This document shows, piece by piece, positions 19,938-30,020 of a stretch of 64,000 bases of DNA (positions are counted from its first letter, which is position 1; each line of letters begins with the position of its first letter). Below the pieces are notes generated by a model. The model did no database searches and was not told the origin of the DNA. It saw only the letters and a list, made by a program, of their open reading frames with translations. This DNA comes from Chloroflexota bacterium. Lineage in GTDB: Bacteria; Chloroflexota; UBA11872; VXOZ01. The stretch spans positions 91,419 through 155,418 of the forward strand of contig CATQHC010000003.1 of the NCBI GenBank assembly GCA_958295775.1. The letters are read 5' to 3'. Position numbers and translations under genes: made by a program.

Positions 19938-21215
19938 ATGGAGCAAGACATAGCTTTTGAGATGGCGGCATCCAACATCCGCTTCGGCTGGGGTGTCACC
20001 CGCGAGGTGGGCATGGACCTGGCCGATCTCGGCGCAAAACGGGCGATGGTGGTCACGGACCCGGTGCTGCGGGAGCTGCCGCCGGTGGCAACGGTGCGCA
20101 CTGCGCTCGAGGAGGCGCAAGTGCCCTACGTGCTCTTCGACCGCGTGCAAATAGAGCCGACCGATGCCTCGTTCAAGGAGGCGATCGCGTTTGCCATAGC
20201 AGAGAATGTGGACGCCTTTGTCGCGGTGGGCGGCGGCTCGACGATGGATACGGCCAAGGCCGCCAATCTCTACGCAACCTATCCTGCCGACTTTCTCGAC
20301 TACGTGAACGCGCCCATCGGCAAGGGTTTGCCGGTGCCCGGGCCGCTCAAGCCGCTGGTCGCGATTCCGACGACGGCGGGCACCGGCAGCGAAACAACCG
20401 GCACGGCAATTTTCGATCTGGTTGAAATGCACGCCAAGACGGGCATCTCCCACCGCAATCTCAAGCCCACCCTCGGTATTATCGACCCGGAACACACCGC
20501 CACCCTGTCGCCGACGGCGGTGGCTTCCACCGGCTGCGACGTGCTGAGCCATGCCATCGAGTCGTACACCGCCATGGCCTACACGGCGCGACCCTATCCT
20601 GAGCGCCCAATTTTGCGGCCGGCCTATCAGGGCGCGAATCCGGTCAGCGACCTGTGGTCGCGGCAGACACTCGCGCTGGTGGCGGAATACCTGCCGCGGG
20701 CGACGGCGGACTCCGAGGATCGAGAAGCGCGGGAAAAGATGTTGCTCGCGGCGTCCTTTGCCGGCATTGGGTTTGGCAATGCGGGCGTGCATCTGCCCCA
20801 CGGCATGTCTTATCCGGTCGCCGGCATGGTGCGCGACTACCACCCGGACGGATACGTGGGCGACTATCCCATCATTCCCCACGGCATGGCGGTGGTCCTC
20901 AATGCGCCGGCAGTATTCCGCTTCACCGCAGCCGCGGGGCCCACGCGGCACATCGACGCGGCGGGCCTGCTGGGCGCCGATGTCAGCCGGGCCAAGCCCG
21001 GCGATGCCGGCAAAATCCTCTCCGACCGCCTCATCGCCCTCATGCAAGAGTTGGGCGTCCCAAACGGTCTCAGCGCCGTGGGCTACACCACGGCGGACAT
21101 TCCGGCGCTCGTGGCAGGCACGCTGCCGCAGCATCGAGTTACGAAGCTGTCGCCGCGGCAGGCAACGGCCGAAGACCTGGCCCGCCTCTTCGAGGATGCC
21201 ATGCGGTACTGGTGA
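19938..21215 (+). CDS. Hydroxyacid-oxoacid transhydrogenase (iron-containing ADH family)
   Basis: AVGGGSTMDTAK, DYVNAPIGKG, PTTAGTGSETT, RPAYQGANP and GVHLPHGMSYP motifs. Confidence 0.9.
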   Translation: MEQDIAFEMAASNIRFGWGVTREVGMDLADLGAKRAMVVTDPVLRELPPVATVRTALEEAQVPYVLFDRVQIEPTDASFKEAIAFAIAENVDAFVAVGGGSTMDTAKAANLYATYPADFLDYVNAPIGKGLPVPGPLKPLVAIPTTAGTGSETTGTAIFDLVEMHAKTGISHRNLKPTLGIIDPEHTATLSPTAVASTGCDVLSHAIESYTAMAYTARPYPERPILRPAYQGANPVSDLWSRQTLALVAEYLPRATADSEDREAREKMLLAASFAGIGFGNAGVHLPHGMSYPVAGMVRDYHPDGYVGDYPIIPHGMAVVLNAPAVFRFTAAAGPTRHIDAAGLLGADVSRAKPGDAGKILSDRLIALMQELGVPNGLSAVGYTTADIPALVAGTLPQHRVTKLSPRQATAEDLARLFEDAMRYW

Positions 21216-21513
21216 AATGCCTTGAGCTTAACCAAGGCGTAGGGGCACGACATGTCGTGCCCCGTTGTCTCAGGCGAATAACGCTCGCGCCGGCCTTCAT
21301 GCTCGGAGTTGGGCGTGGCGTGTCTCGCGGTGGAGCAATACGCGCACACCATCTCGCCGTCCTGAAGGCTGTCAATAACTCACGTCAGTGGCGGCCAATC
21401 AGGCGTCAAAGAGCCTGAATCCTATTGGAGGGACGCGATACCTACCCTATCGAGGTACCCGCGACCGCATCCACAGAAGCGGCAATAGACGTTCAAATCA
21501 TGCCCATATTCCC

Positions 21514-21565
21514 TTGACAGTGCTATATCTTGTGGTTTAGACTCCATGCCACACAATATCTAGTA
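21514..21565 (+). promoter_or_regulatory. Sigma70 promoter overlapped by tandem NrdR-box-like sites
   Basis: TTGACA(21514)-18 bp-TAGACT(21538); gtgCTATATCTTGTG (21520) and acaCAATATCTAGTa (21551), 31 bp apart. Confidence 0.65.
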
Positions 21566-21639
21566 AGCGGTGACGGTCATGCAGGGAACGGGTGGCTACG
21601 GCATAATGAGTATAGACACTCAGATTTGCGTCTGCATCT

Positions 21640-21716
21640 CTCCCTGTAGCTCAGATGGATAGAGCAGCAGTTTCCTAAACTGCGTGTCGGGCGTTCGAGT
21701 CGCCCCAGGGAGGCCA
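21640..21716 (+). tRNA. tRNA-Arg(CCT)
   Basis: Acceptor stem CTCCCTG/CAGGGAG, anticodon arm GCAGT-TTCCTAA-ACTGC, TTCGAGT T-loop and encoded CCA. Confidence 0.96.
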
Positions 21717-21851
21717 ACCGCGCCGGAACCGGTACGGCGCCGTCGGTCCGTACGGTCATCCCGACCGTGCCATCTCCCTATTCATGCGCTCTTCCCGGCA
21801 TTGTGGCAACGCCGCTTGCGCAAGATCACCCTCGTGGAAGGAAGAGACTCT

Positions 21852-22847
21852 ATGGATTCGCTTATACGTACGCGTATGCGCACGCGTCGTGCGCTGCTTA
21901 CACTGGTTTTCGCCTTGGCGGCGCTGTTGGCGGGTTGCGGCGTACAGACCGTGATTGTACCCGAAGCCGAGCGCGCCACTCGTGCTGCCCCGGCGGAGAC
22001 GGCGGCCTTTCCTCGCACGCTTACGGATGGCGCAGGGAACGAGGTAACCATCCCGCAGAAGCCTGAGCGTATTGTGTCGCTTACCTTGGGCACAGATGAG
22101 ATCCTGCTCTCGCTCGTCGCTCCGGAGCGGGTGCGCGCCGTGACCTATCTGGCAAGTGATTCAATCTGGACGAACGTGAGTGAGATTGCGCAACAGGTCG
22201 AGCATACGGTCCAGTCCGACCCCGAACAGATCATCGCCCTGGAGCCGGACCTCGTCTTGGCCGCTACTTATAACAATCCCGATCACGTGCAGTTGCTCCG
22301 CGACGCCGGTATTCCGGTGGTGGTGGTTTTGCTCTTCGATTCGATCGATCGCGTTGCCGACAATATTCGCTTCGTGGCGCACTTGACCGGCGATGAAGAG
22401 CGAGCGGAAGCGCTGATCGCGGCGATGGCAGCACGGCTGGAGAAAGTGGAAGCCCTGGTGGCCGAGGCAGAGACAAAGCCCCGTGTGCTGTTCTATAGTT
22501 CATTTGGCAGTTCGGCCGGCAAGGGCTCGACCTTTAGCGATATCGTGCGGCGCGCCGGCGGCATAAATCTGGGTGATGAGGCATTGGAAAGTCCCTTCGG
22601 CGAAATCTCGTTGGAGAAGATCGTGGAACTCAACCCGGATGTGATCATCACCGACGAATTCGCGCCTGAAGACAATGCGAAGTGGCAAGAGAGTTTCAGC
22701 AACCACCCGGCGCTGGCAAACGTCAACGCGAAGCGAAACGGTATGATTTACACCGTGCCCGCGCGGCACTTGTCCACGGTGTCCCATCATATCGTTGAAG
22801 GTGTCTATGACGTGGCGCGGCTCCTCCACCCCGATCTGGTGGAGTAG
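21852..22847 (+). CDS. BtuF/FecB-type ABC substrate-binding lipoprotein (cobalamin or iron chelate)
   Basis: Lipobox LAGC, FPRTLTD...PERIVSL...TDEILLSL and ISLEKIVELNPDVII motifs. Confidence 0.88.
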   Translation: MDSLIRTRMRTRRALLTLVFALAALLAGCGVQTVIVPEAERATRAAPAETAAFPRTLTDGAGNEVTIPQKPERIVSLTLGTDEILLSLVAPERVRAVTYLASDSIWTNVSEIAQQVEHTVQSDPEQIIALEPDLVLAATYNNPDHVQLLRDAGIPVVVVLLFDSIDRVADNIRFVAHLTGDEERAEALIAAMAARLEKVEALVAEAETKPRVLFYSSFGSSAGKGSTFSDIVRRAGGINLGDEALESPFGEISLEKIVELNPDVIITDEFAPEDNAKWQESFSNHPALANVNAKRNGMIYTVPARHLSTVSHHIVEGVYDVARLLHPDLVE

Positions 22848-22947
22848 AGGAGCGGCGCCGGGATCGGATAGGCGGCTTCACTGCCCGGGCAGGCTTGTCA
22901 CAGCAAGATAAAAGGGCAACCACAAGGGTTGCCCCTACGCCGGGCGG

Positions 22948-22971
22948 GCGCAGGTTTGCAACCTGCGCTAC
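22948..22971. repeat. REP palindrome, family C (GCGCAGGTTTGCAACCTGCGCTAC)
   Basis: Copies at 15559-15581 (inside a CDS), 38367-38390, 47917-47939, 58941-58963 and 59009-59033. Confidence 0.85.
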
Positions 22972-23109
22972 CGGGGTGGGAGGGAGGCGCTTGACTCCTC
23001 CCCATGAATTTCGGCTACCCCGGTTTATGCGACAACACGAGCGGCACCGGCTTAGGCTGCATTTTCGCGTTGGAGAAGTGAAGGCGGCAGAGAAGAGGGT
23101 CTCACTTTC

Positions 23110-24174
23110 GTGCTACGACGTATGCTGGATGTTGAAGTCCCGCTGGCGCTCAGGCTGGCGCTGGCGCTGGGCATGCTCTCGCTGCTGCTCTTCCTGTCGT
23201 TTGTCGTAACCATGGCGATTGGCGCGGTGGACGTGCCGCTCCATGTGACAGCCTCGATCGTCTTGCAGCAGATGGGCATTCCCTTGGGTGCGGCCGCGTC
23301 CGACGTACATTGGAGCATTATCAGTCACGTGCGTCTGCCCCGTGTGCTCACGGCGGCGTTGGTGGGCGCGGCGCTGGCGGTGGCGGGCGCGACCATGCAG
23401 GGCATCTTCCGCAACCCGCTTGCGGACCCCGGCATCATTGGGGTGTCCGCGGGTGGCGCCTTGGGCGCAGTAATTGCGATTCACTTTGGCTTGCGCGCCC
23501 TACACTACCTCGCCACGCCGGCGCTCGCCTTCATCGGGGCGCTGGGCGCGGTCATGGCGGTCTATGCGCTCGCCGCGACCCGGGGCGTGGACCCGCTCAC
23601 CACCATGATCTTGGCGGGAGTTGCAGTGCAAGCCTTCATCGGTTCCATCACTTCCGCCGTGCTCACGCTCACGGCCAACGTCAACGCCATGCGCGAGATC
23701 GTCTTCTGGCTGACGGGCAGTCTCGGCGCCCGGAGTTGGACTCACGTACAACTCATTCTGCCGTTCATCGTGGTTGGGAGCCTCCTCTTGCTCTTCTTTG
23801 CCCGGGACCTGAATGTGATGGCATTGGGCGAAGACGCCGCCCGCAGCATGGGCGTGGACGTGCGGCGCGTGCGGCTGATCATGCTCGCGCTGGCGGCGCT
23901 CATTACGGCGGTGGCGGTGGCCGTGAGCGGGATCATCGGCTTTGTGGGGCTGGTGGTGCCGCACATGGTGCGCTTGGTGGTAGGCCCCGATCATCGGATC
24001 GTGCTGCCCGCGAGCCTGCTTACGGGCGCATTGCTGCTCACGTGGGCGGACTTTGGGTCAAGGATGCTGTTGCGGCCGCAGGAATTGCGGGTGGGTCTCA
24101 TCACCGCCTTCTTCGGCGCGCCCTTCTTCCTCTACCTCTTGTACCGCCATAAGCGTCAGGGGACCGTGCTGTGA
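23110..24174 (+). CDS. BtuC/FecCD-family ABC permease
   Basis: RLPRVL, QGIFRNPLADPGIIGVSAG and GIIGFVGLVVPH motifs. Confidence 0.93.
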   Translation: MLRRMLDVEVPLALRLALALGMLSLLLFLSFVVTMAIGAVDVPLHVTASIVLQQMGIPLGAAASDVHWSIISHVRLPRVLTAALVGAALAVAGATMQGIFRNPLADPGIIGVSAGGALGAVIAIHFGLRALHYLATPALAFIGALGAVMAVYALAATRGVDPLTTMILAGVAVQAFIGSITSAVLTLTANVNAMREIVFWLTGSLGARSWTHVQLILPFIVVGSLLLLFFARDLNVMALGEDAARSMGVDVRRVRLIMLALAALITAVAVAVSGIIGFVGLVVPHMVRLVVGPDHRIVLPASLLTGALLLTWADFGSRMLLRPQELRVGLITAFFGAPFFLYLLYRHKRQGTVL

Positions 24175-24992
24175 ATGTCCCGTCGGAAACAGCCTCCATC
24201 AACGGCGCTGCCCTCACTGCCACCGGCATTTCCTACGCGGTGGGAATGGCGCAGTTGCTGGAAGCGGTCTCGTTGGAAGTGCGCCACGGCATGCTGCTGG
24301 GTCTGATCGGTCCCAACGGCGCGGGGAAGTCAACGCTGCTCAAGTGCATCAGCCAGATTCTTGCGCCTACGGCGGGGCAAGTGTGCCTGGATGGCAAGGA
24401 CTTGCAGCGCCAATCGCCGCGCGAGATTGCCCGGCATATCGCGTTGTTACCCCAGAGCACCACGCTCAATTTCGCATTTGCGTGCTTGGACGTAGTCCTC
24501 ATGGGGCGCAACCCGCACTTGGGCCGCTTCCAAGCGGAAGGCGCGCGTGATCGCGCCATCGCCCAGCAGAGCTTGCAGGACACAGAAACCGAGGAGTTCG
24601 TAACGCGTCTCATCACGGAAGTCTCCGCCGGCGAACGCCAGCGCGTGCTCCTGGCGCGGGCGATCACCCAGCAACCGCGCTTGCTCCTGCTCGATGAGCC
24701 AACCGCCGGCTTGGACGTGCAACACCAACTCCAGGTGTTCATGCTGATTCGAAGACTGGTCCGTGAAGGACTCACAGCCATTGCCGTGGTACACGACTTG
24801 AACCTTGCCGCGCGTTTTTGTGACCGGCTCGTCCTGCTCAATCGGGGCGTCGTGCACGCGCACGGGCTCGTGGGAGACGTGCTCACCGCTGAAAACCTCG
24901 CCCGCGTATTCAAGGTGCAGGCTGTGGTCGAGGAAGACCCGAATCTGGGAGTGCCACGGGTTACGGTGCTCGCTCCGCTTGACACTGAGTAA
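24171..24992 (+). CDS. BtuD/FecE-family ABC ATP-binding protein
   Basis: GPNGAGKST, VSAGERQR, LLLDEPT and VHDLNLA motifs. Confidence 0.93.
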   Translation: MNVPSETASINGAALTATGISYAVGMAQLLEAVSLEVRHGMLLGLIGPNGAGKSTLLKCISQILAPTAGQVCLDGKDLQRQSPREIARHIALLPQSTTLNFAFACLDVVLMGRNPHLGRFQAEGARDRAIAQQSLQDTETEEFVTRLITEVSAGERQRVLLARAITQQPRLLLLDEPTAGLDVQHQLQVFMLIRRLVREGLTAIAVVHDLNLAARFCDRLVLLNRGVVHAHGLVGDVLTAENLARVFKVQAVVEEDPNLGVPRVTVLAPLDTE

Positions 24993-25307
24993 GCAGACGG
25001 CACCTCCCTCCTTCGGCCCGGCCCACCCTCCGGCGCTCGACAAGATTGCGCGAGCCGTGAGCCGTGCTGCTCTTTCCATCCGCCAAGAGCCGCCGTCGAA
25101 TGGCAGCGGCGCAGCGCGCCGTGCCAGCGCCTTTCGTCGGCTGCCGGCTTACGCTTAGCGAGGGGACGTATAGAGTAGATGCCCGCAAACCGGCTGCTCA
25201 GCACCGCAAACGTGTGACATAATAGGGATCGAAGCGTCTCGCACGCCTGTGCGTGCGGAAGGGGCGGCAGCCTGAGGTGAGCGCAAGCGACTGGCGAGGA
25301 GCAGCAA

Positions 25308-26006
25308 TTGCCAAAAGACAAAGTACTGATCATCGAGGACGACGACAATTTGCAGGAGGCGCTGCGCTTTAGCCTGGAGCAGGATGGCTATAAGGTCCAT
25401 AGCGCGGCGGACGGCGAGGCGGGGCTGGATCTCGCGCGGGAGGTCACGCCGGACCTTATCATCCTCGACATCATGTTGCCGGTGCTGGATGGGCTGGAAG
25501 TCTGCCGCATCATACGTCAAGAGACCGCCGCGCCCATCATTATGCTCACGGCCAAAGGCGAGGAGGTGGACCGTGTGGTCGGCCTCGAATTAGGCGCGGA
25601 TGATTACGTTGTCAAGCCCTTCAGCACGCGCGAGTTGCTGGCCCGCATGCGGGCGGTACGCCGCCGCACGCGGCCGGGCAGCGATGGGCTCCCAAACTCC
25701 GCTCCGGCAACGGTGCTGAATGCCGGCGACCTCCAGGTCAATCTCTCGAGTCACACGGCCAAACTGGGAGACCGGACGCTTGCGCTCAAGCCCAAGGAGT
25801 TCAGCCTGCTCGCGCTGCTCATGTCCGGCCGCAGCCGCGTTTTCACCCGCGACCAGATCTTGGAGCGTATTTGGGGATTCGACTGGGTCGGCGACAACCG
25901 CACCGTAGACGTCCACGTGCGGCGGCTGCGGGAAAAGATCGAGGCAGACCCTAGTGAGCCAACCCGCATCGTGACCGTGCGCGGTGTTGGCTATCGGTTT
26001 GAGTGA
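25308..26006 (+). CDS. phoP: OmpR/PhoB-family response regulator (phosphate regulon)
   Basis: LIILDIMLP, MLTAK, LGADDYVVKPFS and RTVDVHVRRLREKIE motifs; phoU/ppx context. Confidence 0.85.
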   Translation: MPKDKVLIIEDDDNLQEALRFSLEQDGYKVHSAADGEAGLDLAREVTPDLIILDIMLPVLDGLEVCRIIRQETAAPIIMLTAKGEEVDRVVGLELGADDYVVKPFSTRELLARMRAVRRRTRPGSDGLPNSAPATVLNAGDLQVNLSSHTAKLGDRTLALKPKEFSLLALLMSGRSRVFTRDQILERIWGFDWVGDNRTVDVHVRRLREKIEADPSEPTRIVTVRGVGYRFE

Positions 26007-27784
26007 TGAGAGTTCCGCGCACACTGCAATGGCGCATGACGCTTGTCTACACCACTCTGCTTCTTCTCACGCTGGGTGTGGCAAGTTTCTATCTCGTCAC
26101 GTACATCCGTAGCACGAACCAAGCGAGCCTCGAAACGCGGCTGGAACACGAAGCGCGGCTGGTTGCCGAAGCGACCGCACCCTATTTCGCCGAGCAAGCG
26201 GACCCCGGCGCGCTGCACGCGGCGGTTGCGCGAATCAGTACCACCATCGGCGCCCGCGTAACCCTGATTGCGCCTGGCGGCACTGTGCTCGCCGATAGTG
26301 CGCAAGTCCCGGACGAGATGGCGAATCAGGCCGTCCAACCGGAGGTGGAGCGCGCGCTAAACGCCGGCGTAGGCGTCAACACACGGCGCAGCAGCGCCAC
26401 AAACGAGGAATTCATCCACGTGGCGGTGCCCCTGATCGCCCGGGACACCGTCCTGGGAGTGGCGCGGGTTGCGGCGCCTGCGGCGCAGGTGCAAGAGAGC
26501 ATCATTCCCGTCTTCATCGGTATCGGCATGGTTGGCCTGGCCGGCGTGGCGCTCGCGGTGCTGGTTGGGTATGGAGTCGCGGCGCGCACCTCTCGTTCTA
26601 TCGTCGCGCTCACGGAAGGCGCCCGGCAATTGGCGGCCGGTGAATTGGACTACCGGGTGCAGGCTCAGGGCAACGACGAAACCCAGGAGCTGGCGCAAGC
26701 CTTCAATCGTATGGCCGTGTCGCTGCGCGACCTCGTGCGCGATCATTCACTTGAGCAAGGGAAGCTGGCGGCGGTGCTGAATACGATGGCTGACGGTGTC
26801 GTCGTGATCGATGGCAATGGCACAATTGTGCTCGTAAATCACGCCGCGGAACAAATACTCGACATCGCGGGCGGCGACGTGCTGGACCGCCGCTTTACGG
26901 AAATCATCCGCGATCACAATCTCCTGCAACTGGTTGCGCGCTGCACAGAGCGGCAAGAAGTGCAGCACGGGGAGGTGGAAATCCCGCAGTGGCGCCGCTA
27001 CTTGAGTGTCATCACCACACCCTTGGCCGAGCACGGCGATGCGAGCATTCTGCTCACGATGCACGATTTGACGCGCATCAGGCAAGTAGAGACGACCAGA
27101 AAAGAATTCGTGAGCAACGTCTCGCATGAGTTGCGGGGCCCGCTGGCGGCCGTCAAGACACTGGCCGAGTCGCTATCGAGCGGTGCGCTCAAAGACAAGA
27201 AGCGCGCCAAGGACTTCCTGCGCCGCATCAATAGTGAAGTGGACCGGATGGCCGCCATGGTGAATGAGTTGATGGAGCTCTCAAGAATTGAGAGCGAGCA
27301 GTCCAGCCTCCAGCTCCAGCCCCTCGACTTGCACCCATTCTTAACCGAAATGCATGAAGAGAATGAACCGCTGGCGGAGAAGCAAGAGATAACACTCGAA
27401 CTCGCGCTCGCCGAACATTTGCCGTGTGTGCGGGGCGATGAGAACAAAATGCGTCAGGTATTTGGCAACTTGCTGAACAACGCTTTCAGATTCACCCCGA
27501 AAGACGGCCGCATCTCCCTCTCGGCCCAGCGAGAGAACGGCATGGTCTGTGTACGCGTGGCAGATACGGGGGTTGGCATTCCCCGCAAGCATCTGCCCCA
27601 CATTTTCGAACGATTCTATAAAGTTGACCGCTCGCGTCACAGCGAGGGTTTCGGCCTCGGGCTGGCCATCGCCAAGCACATCGTGCAAGCGCACGGCGGC
27701 GAGTTACACGCGGAGAGCGCCGAGGGGCAGGGTGCGACGTTTACGGTGGTCTTGCCCGCAGAGGGCGAAACTGCGGCCAATTAG
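26003..27784 (+). CDS. phoR: PhoR-like sensor histidine kinase (HAMP, PAS)
   Basis: RKEFVSNVSHELRGPL, NLLNNA, DTGVGIP, FERFYKVD and GFGLGLAIAKHIV motifs. Confidence 0.87.
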   Translation: MMRVPRTLQWRMTLVYTTLLLLTLGVASFYLVTYIRSTNQASLETRLEHEARLVAEATAPYFAEQADPGALHAAVARISTTIGARVTLIAPGGTVLADSAQVPDEMANQAVQPEVERALNAGVGVNTRRSSATNEEFIHVAVPLIARDTVLGVARVAAPAAQVQESIIPVFIGIGMVGLAGVALAVLVGYGVAARTSRSIVALTEGARQLAAGELDYRVQAQGNDETQELAQAFNRMAVSLRDLVRDHSLEQGKLAAVLNTMADGVVVIDGNGTIVLVNHAAEQILDIAGGDVLDRRFTEIIRDHNLLQLVARCTERQEVQHGEVEIPQWRRYLSVITTPLAEHGDASILLTMHDLTRIRQVETTRKEFVSNVSHELRGPLAAVKTLAESLSSGALKDKKRAKDFLRRINSEVDRMAAMVNELMELSRIESEQSSLQLQPLDLHPFLTEMHEENEPLAEKQEITLELALAEHLPCVRGDENKMRQVFGNLLNNAFRFTPKDGRISLSAQRENGMVCVRVADTGVGIPRKHLPHIFERFYKVDRSRHSEGFGLGLAIAKHIVQAHGGELHAESAEGQGATFTVVLPAEGETAAN

Positions 27785-28106
27785 GCGCGCCGCCCGGGCC
27801 GCGGAGGGCGCCTCCGTTTCTGCCTGACCTTAAGCACGCAGCGCAGGCCTCGCGCACTCCATCTCCCCTGCATGATTGCTCCTGGTAGCAGGCAGATGCC
27901 CAGCGGCCGCGCGCCTAGTTCCCCACGCGACGTTTGCTAAGAGACGGCCGGATTTGTGTGTCTCGTCCACCGTAGGGCAAATTCATAGCCTGTTTACGCA
28001 GCGCTAACGTGCTGTACATGCGGCCCCTCTACGCTAGACAGTGAGAGATTAACACAAAGTTGTGTGCACGGGTGGTGCACGGAAGTAAGGAACGGAAGCA
28101 TAGCCC

Positions 28107-28376
28107 ATGGCAAAGGGAGCGCTCGCGGAGCGTCGGCAAATTGACGATGAACTTCTCAGGGAGATTCTACCCGAAGACGAACGGCACTGGCTGTGTCCCC
28201 ATTGCGAGATGGAAGTGCAACTCACGAAGGACCGGGTCACCGATTGTATCAGCGCTCACCCCGCCATCATTCTGCGCGAAACGCACTATTGGCGCTGCCC
28301 GGGATGCAATGCGGTCGCCGTGCGTGAGACTTCGGACCGCGTTGAGCAGATCGAGTACATTACGGGCAATTTATAG
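28107..28376 (+). CDS. Small zinc-ribbon protein (YgiT/MqsA-N-like)
   Basis: CPHC...CPGC pair in 89 aa; AAGGA/GGAAG RBS. Confidence 0.65.
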   Translation: MAKGALAERRQIDDELLREILPEDERHWLCPHCEMEVQLTKDRVTDCISAHPAIILRETHYWRCPGCNAVAVRETSDRVEQIEYITGNL

Positions 28377-28816
28377 CTGGCGGCAGGCGCGGCGCCGCCA
28401 ATCCACGCGGATCGAAGTGTAACAAGACCACCTATCGGCGCGTAGGGGCTGGCTACCCGGAGATAGCCGACGTTGACCGCGGTGAAGCGGCTGTGGTTGA
28501 GGCTAGGCCGTGTAAAGGGAGCGACGGAGGCAGGAATACGGGTTTACAAAGCTTGTCAAAGGAATATGCGCCAACACAGGTAGTCAATAGCATGTCAAGG
28601 GTGTAGGATAGGATCGGGTACGATCTGGATTACGAGCAAGCGCGAGCCGGTTGTCCGCAGGCGGGACAGTGGTTGCAGCGCATGGTTCCTGGTACATTCG
28701 TGCTAGTAAGCAATGTCTTCGCCGCAGACAGGCAATGATGTGAGATCCTGGGCGCGCAATCGGGCAAATTGGGCGTTCGCCGGAGTTGCCGGGCAGTGGT
28801 AGAAAGGGACAGTGCC

Positions 28817-29491
28817 ATGATACGCACCAACATCGAGAATCGACTGGTTGAGATCCAAGATGACATCCTGGCGCTGGCGAGCATGGTGGAGAAGGCCATC
28901 GCCCATGCGATAGACGCCTTGCGGGAACGCGATCTGGAGGCTTCCCGCGCGGTTGTCGCGTTTGACGATGTCATCGATGAGAAACGCTTTGCCATCGAAG
29001 AAAGCTGCGTAGACTTGCTGGCTACCCAGCAGCCCGCGGCCCGAGACCTGCGCTGGGTGATCGCCTTGCTGCACATCGCGGTCGAATTGGAGCGCATGGG
29101 TGACTACGCGGAAGGCATCGGCAAGATCAGTCTCATGATGGGTGACGAGCCGCCGCTCAAACCGCTCATCGACATCCCGCGCATGGCGGAAATGTCCATC
29201 AGCATGCTCCATCGCAGCATCGATGCGCTTGTCACCCGTGACGTAGACCTCGCAGAGCAGGTGTGCGCAGCCGATGATGAGGTGGATGCCCTGCACGAGC
29301 AAATCTATAACGAGTTGCTCTTGTTTATGATCAAAGACCCGCGGAGCATTCAACGCGCGACGTACTTGCTCTGGGTCACGCATGACTTGGAGCGCACGGC
29401 AGACCGCGCGACGAATATCGCCGAGCGCGTCATCTATCTGGTGACCGGCAAGATGCAGGACCTCAACCTCTCGAAAGAACCGGAATTCTAG
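28817..29491 (+). CDS. phoU: Phosphate signalling protein PhoU
   Basis: QQPAARDLR, ELERMGDYA, DDEVDAL and LERTADRATNIAE motifs. Confidence 0.95.
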   Translation: MIRTNIENRLVEIQDDILALASMVEKAIAHAIDALRERDLEASRAVVAFDDVIDEKRFAIEESCVDLLATQQPAARDLRWVIALLHIAVELERMGDYAEGIGKISLMMGDEPPLKPLIDIPRMAEMSISMLHRSIDALVTRDVDLAEQVCAADDEVDALHEQIYNELLLFMIKDPRSIQRATYLLWVTHDLERTADRATNIAERVIYLVTGKMQDLNLSKEPEF

Positions 29492-29624
29492 CGAGAAAGA
29501 GGGCGTTGGGTGTCTGGCCATTGGGTATTCCGCGCGGCGCGAGCGGTCAAGATGCGGCGGAAGCTTGGGGTCAGCCGGTTGGCGGTACCGGACGCGGCAC
29601 ACCGCCTCGTAGGAGACGCTTGAT

Positions 29625-30020
29625 ATGAGACGGGTGTTGTTCGTCTGTGTGCACAATGCCGGGCGCAGTCAAATGGCCGAGGCCTTTCTCCGGCATCTCG
29701 CCGACGGCAGGGCGGAGGCGCAATCTGCGGGCATGGAGCCGGGCGCGCACGTAAATCCTGTGGCCGTGCAGGCAATGGCCGAACGCGGGATCAGTCTGGC
29801 GTCGCACCGGCCCAAACTGCTAACGCCGGCGCTGGCAGCGTGGGCGGATAGAGTCATAACGATGGGCTGCGCCCTCGACGATTCGTGCCCGGTCGCGCTG
29901 ACGCCGGTTGAGGACTGGGAGATTTCCAATCCCAGTGGCCAGCCACTGTCCGTGGTGCGCGGCATCCGGGACCAAATCGAGGAGAAGGTTAGTCTTCTTC
30001 TACGCGAACCGGACGACTGA
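29625..30020 (+). CDS. arsC: Arsenate reductase (LMW-PTP family)
   Basis: FVCVHNAGRSQMAE, SAG and ITMGC...CP motifs. Confidence 0.88.
   Translation: MRRVLFVCVHNAGRSQMAEAFLRHLADGRAEAQSAGMEPGAHVNPVAVQAMAERGISLASHRPKLLTPALAAWADRVITMGCALDDSCPVALTPVEDWEISNPSGQPLSVVRGIRDQIEEKVSLLLREPDD

Noticed and set aside
21720-21850. Cobalamin riboswitch before the BtuF-like gene
   Set aside because: No recognisable GGGAA / GCCCCCGCAACTGT / B12-box motifs in the ~130-nt leader.
28440-28760. Possible ncRNA between the zinc-ribbon gene and phoU
   Set aside because: It contains TTGAC-like hexamers, but I could not recognise an RNA family or a stable structure by eye.
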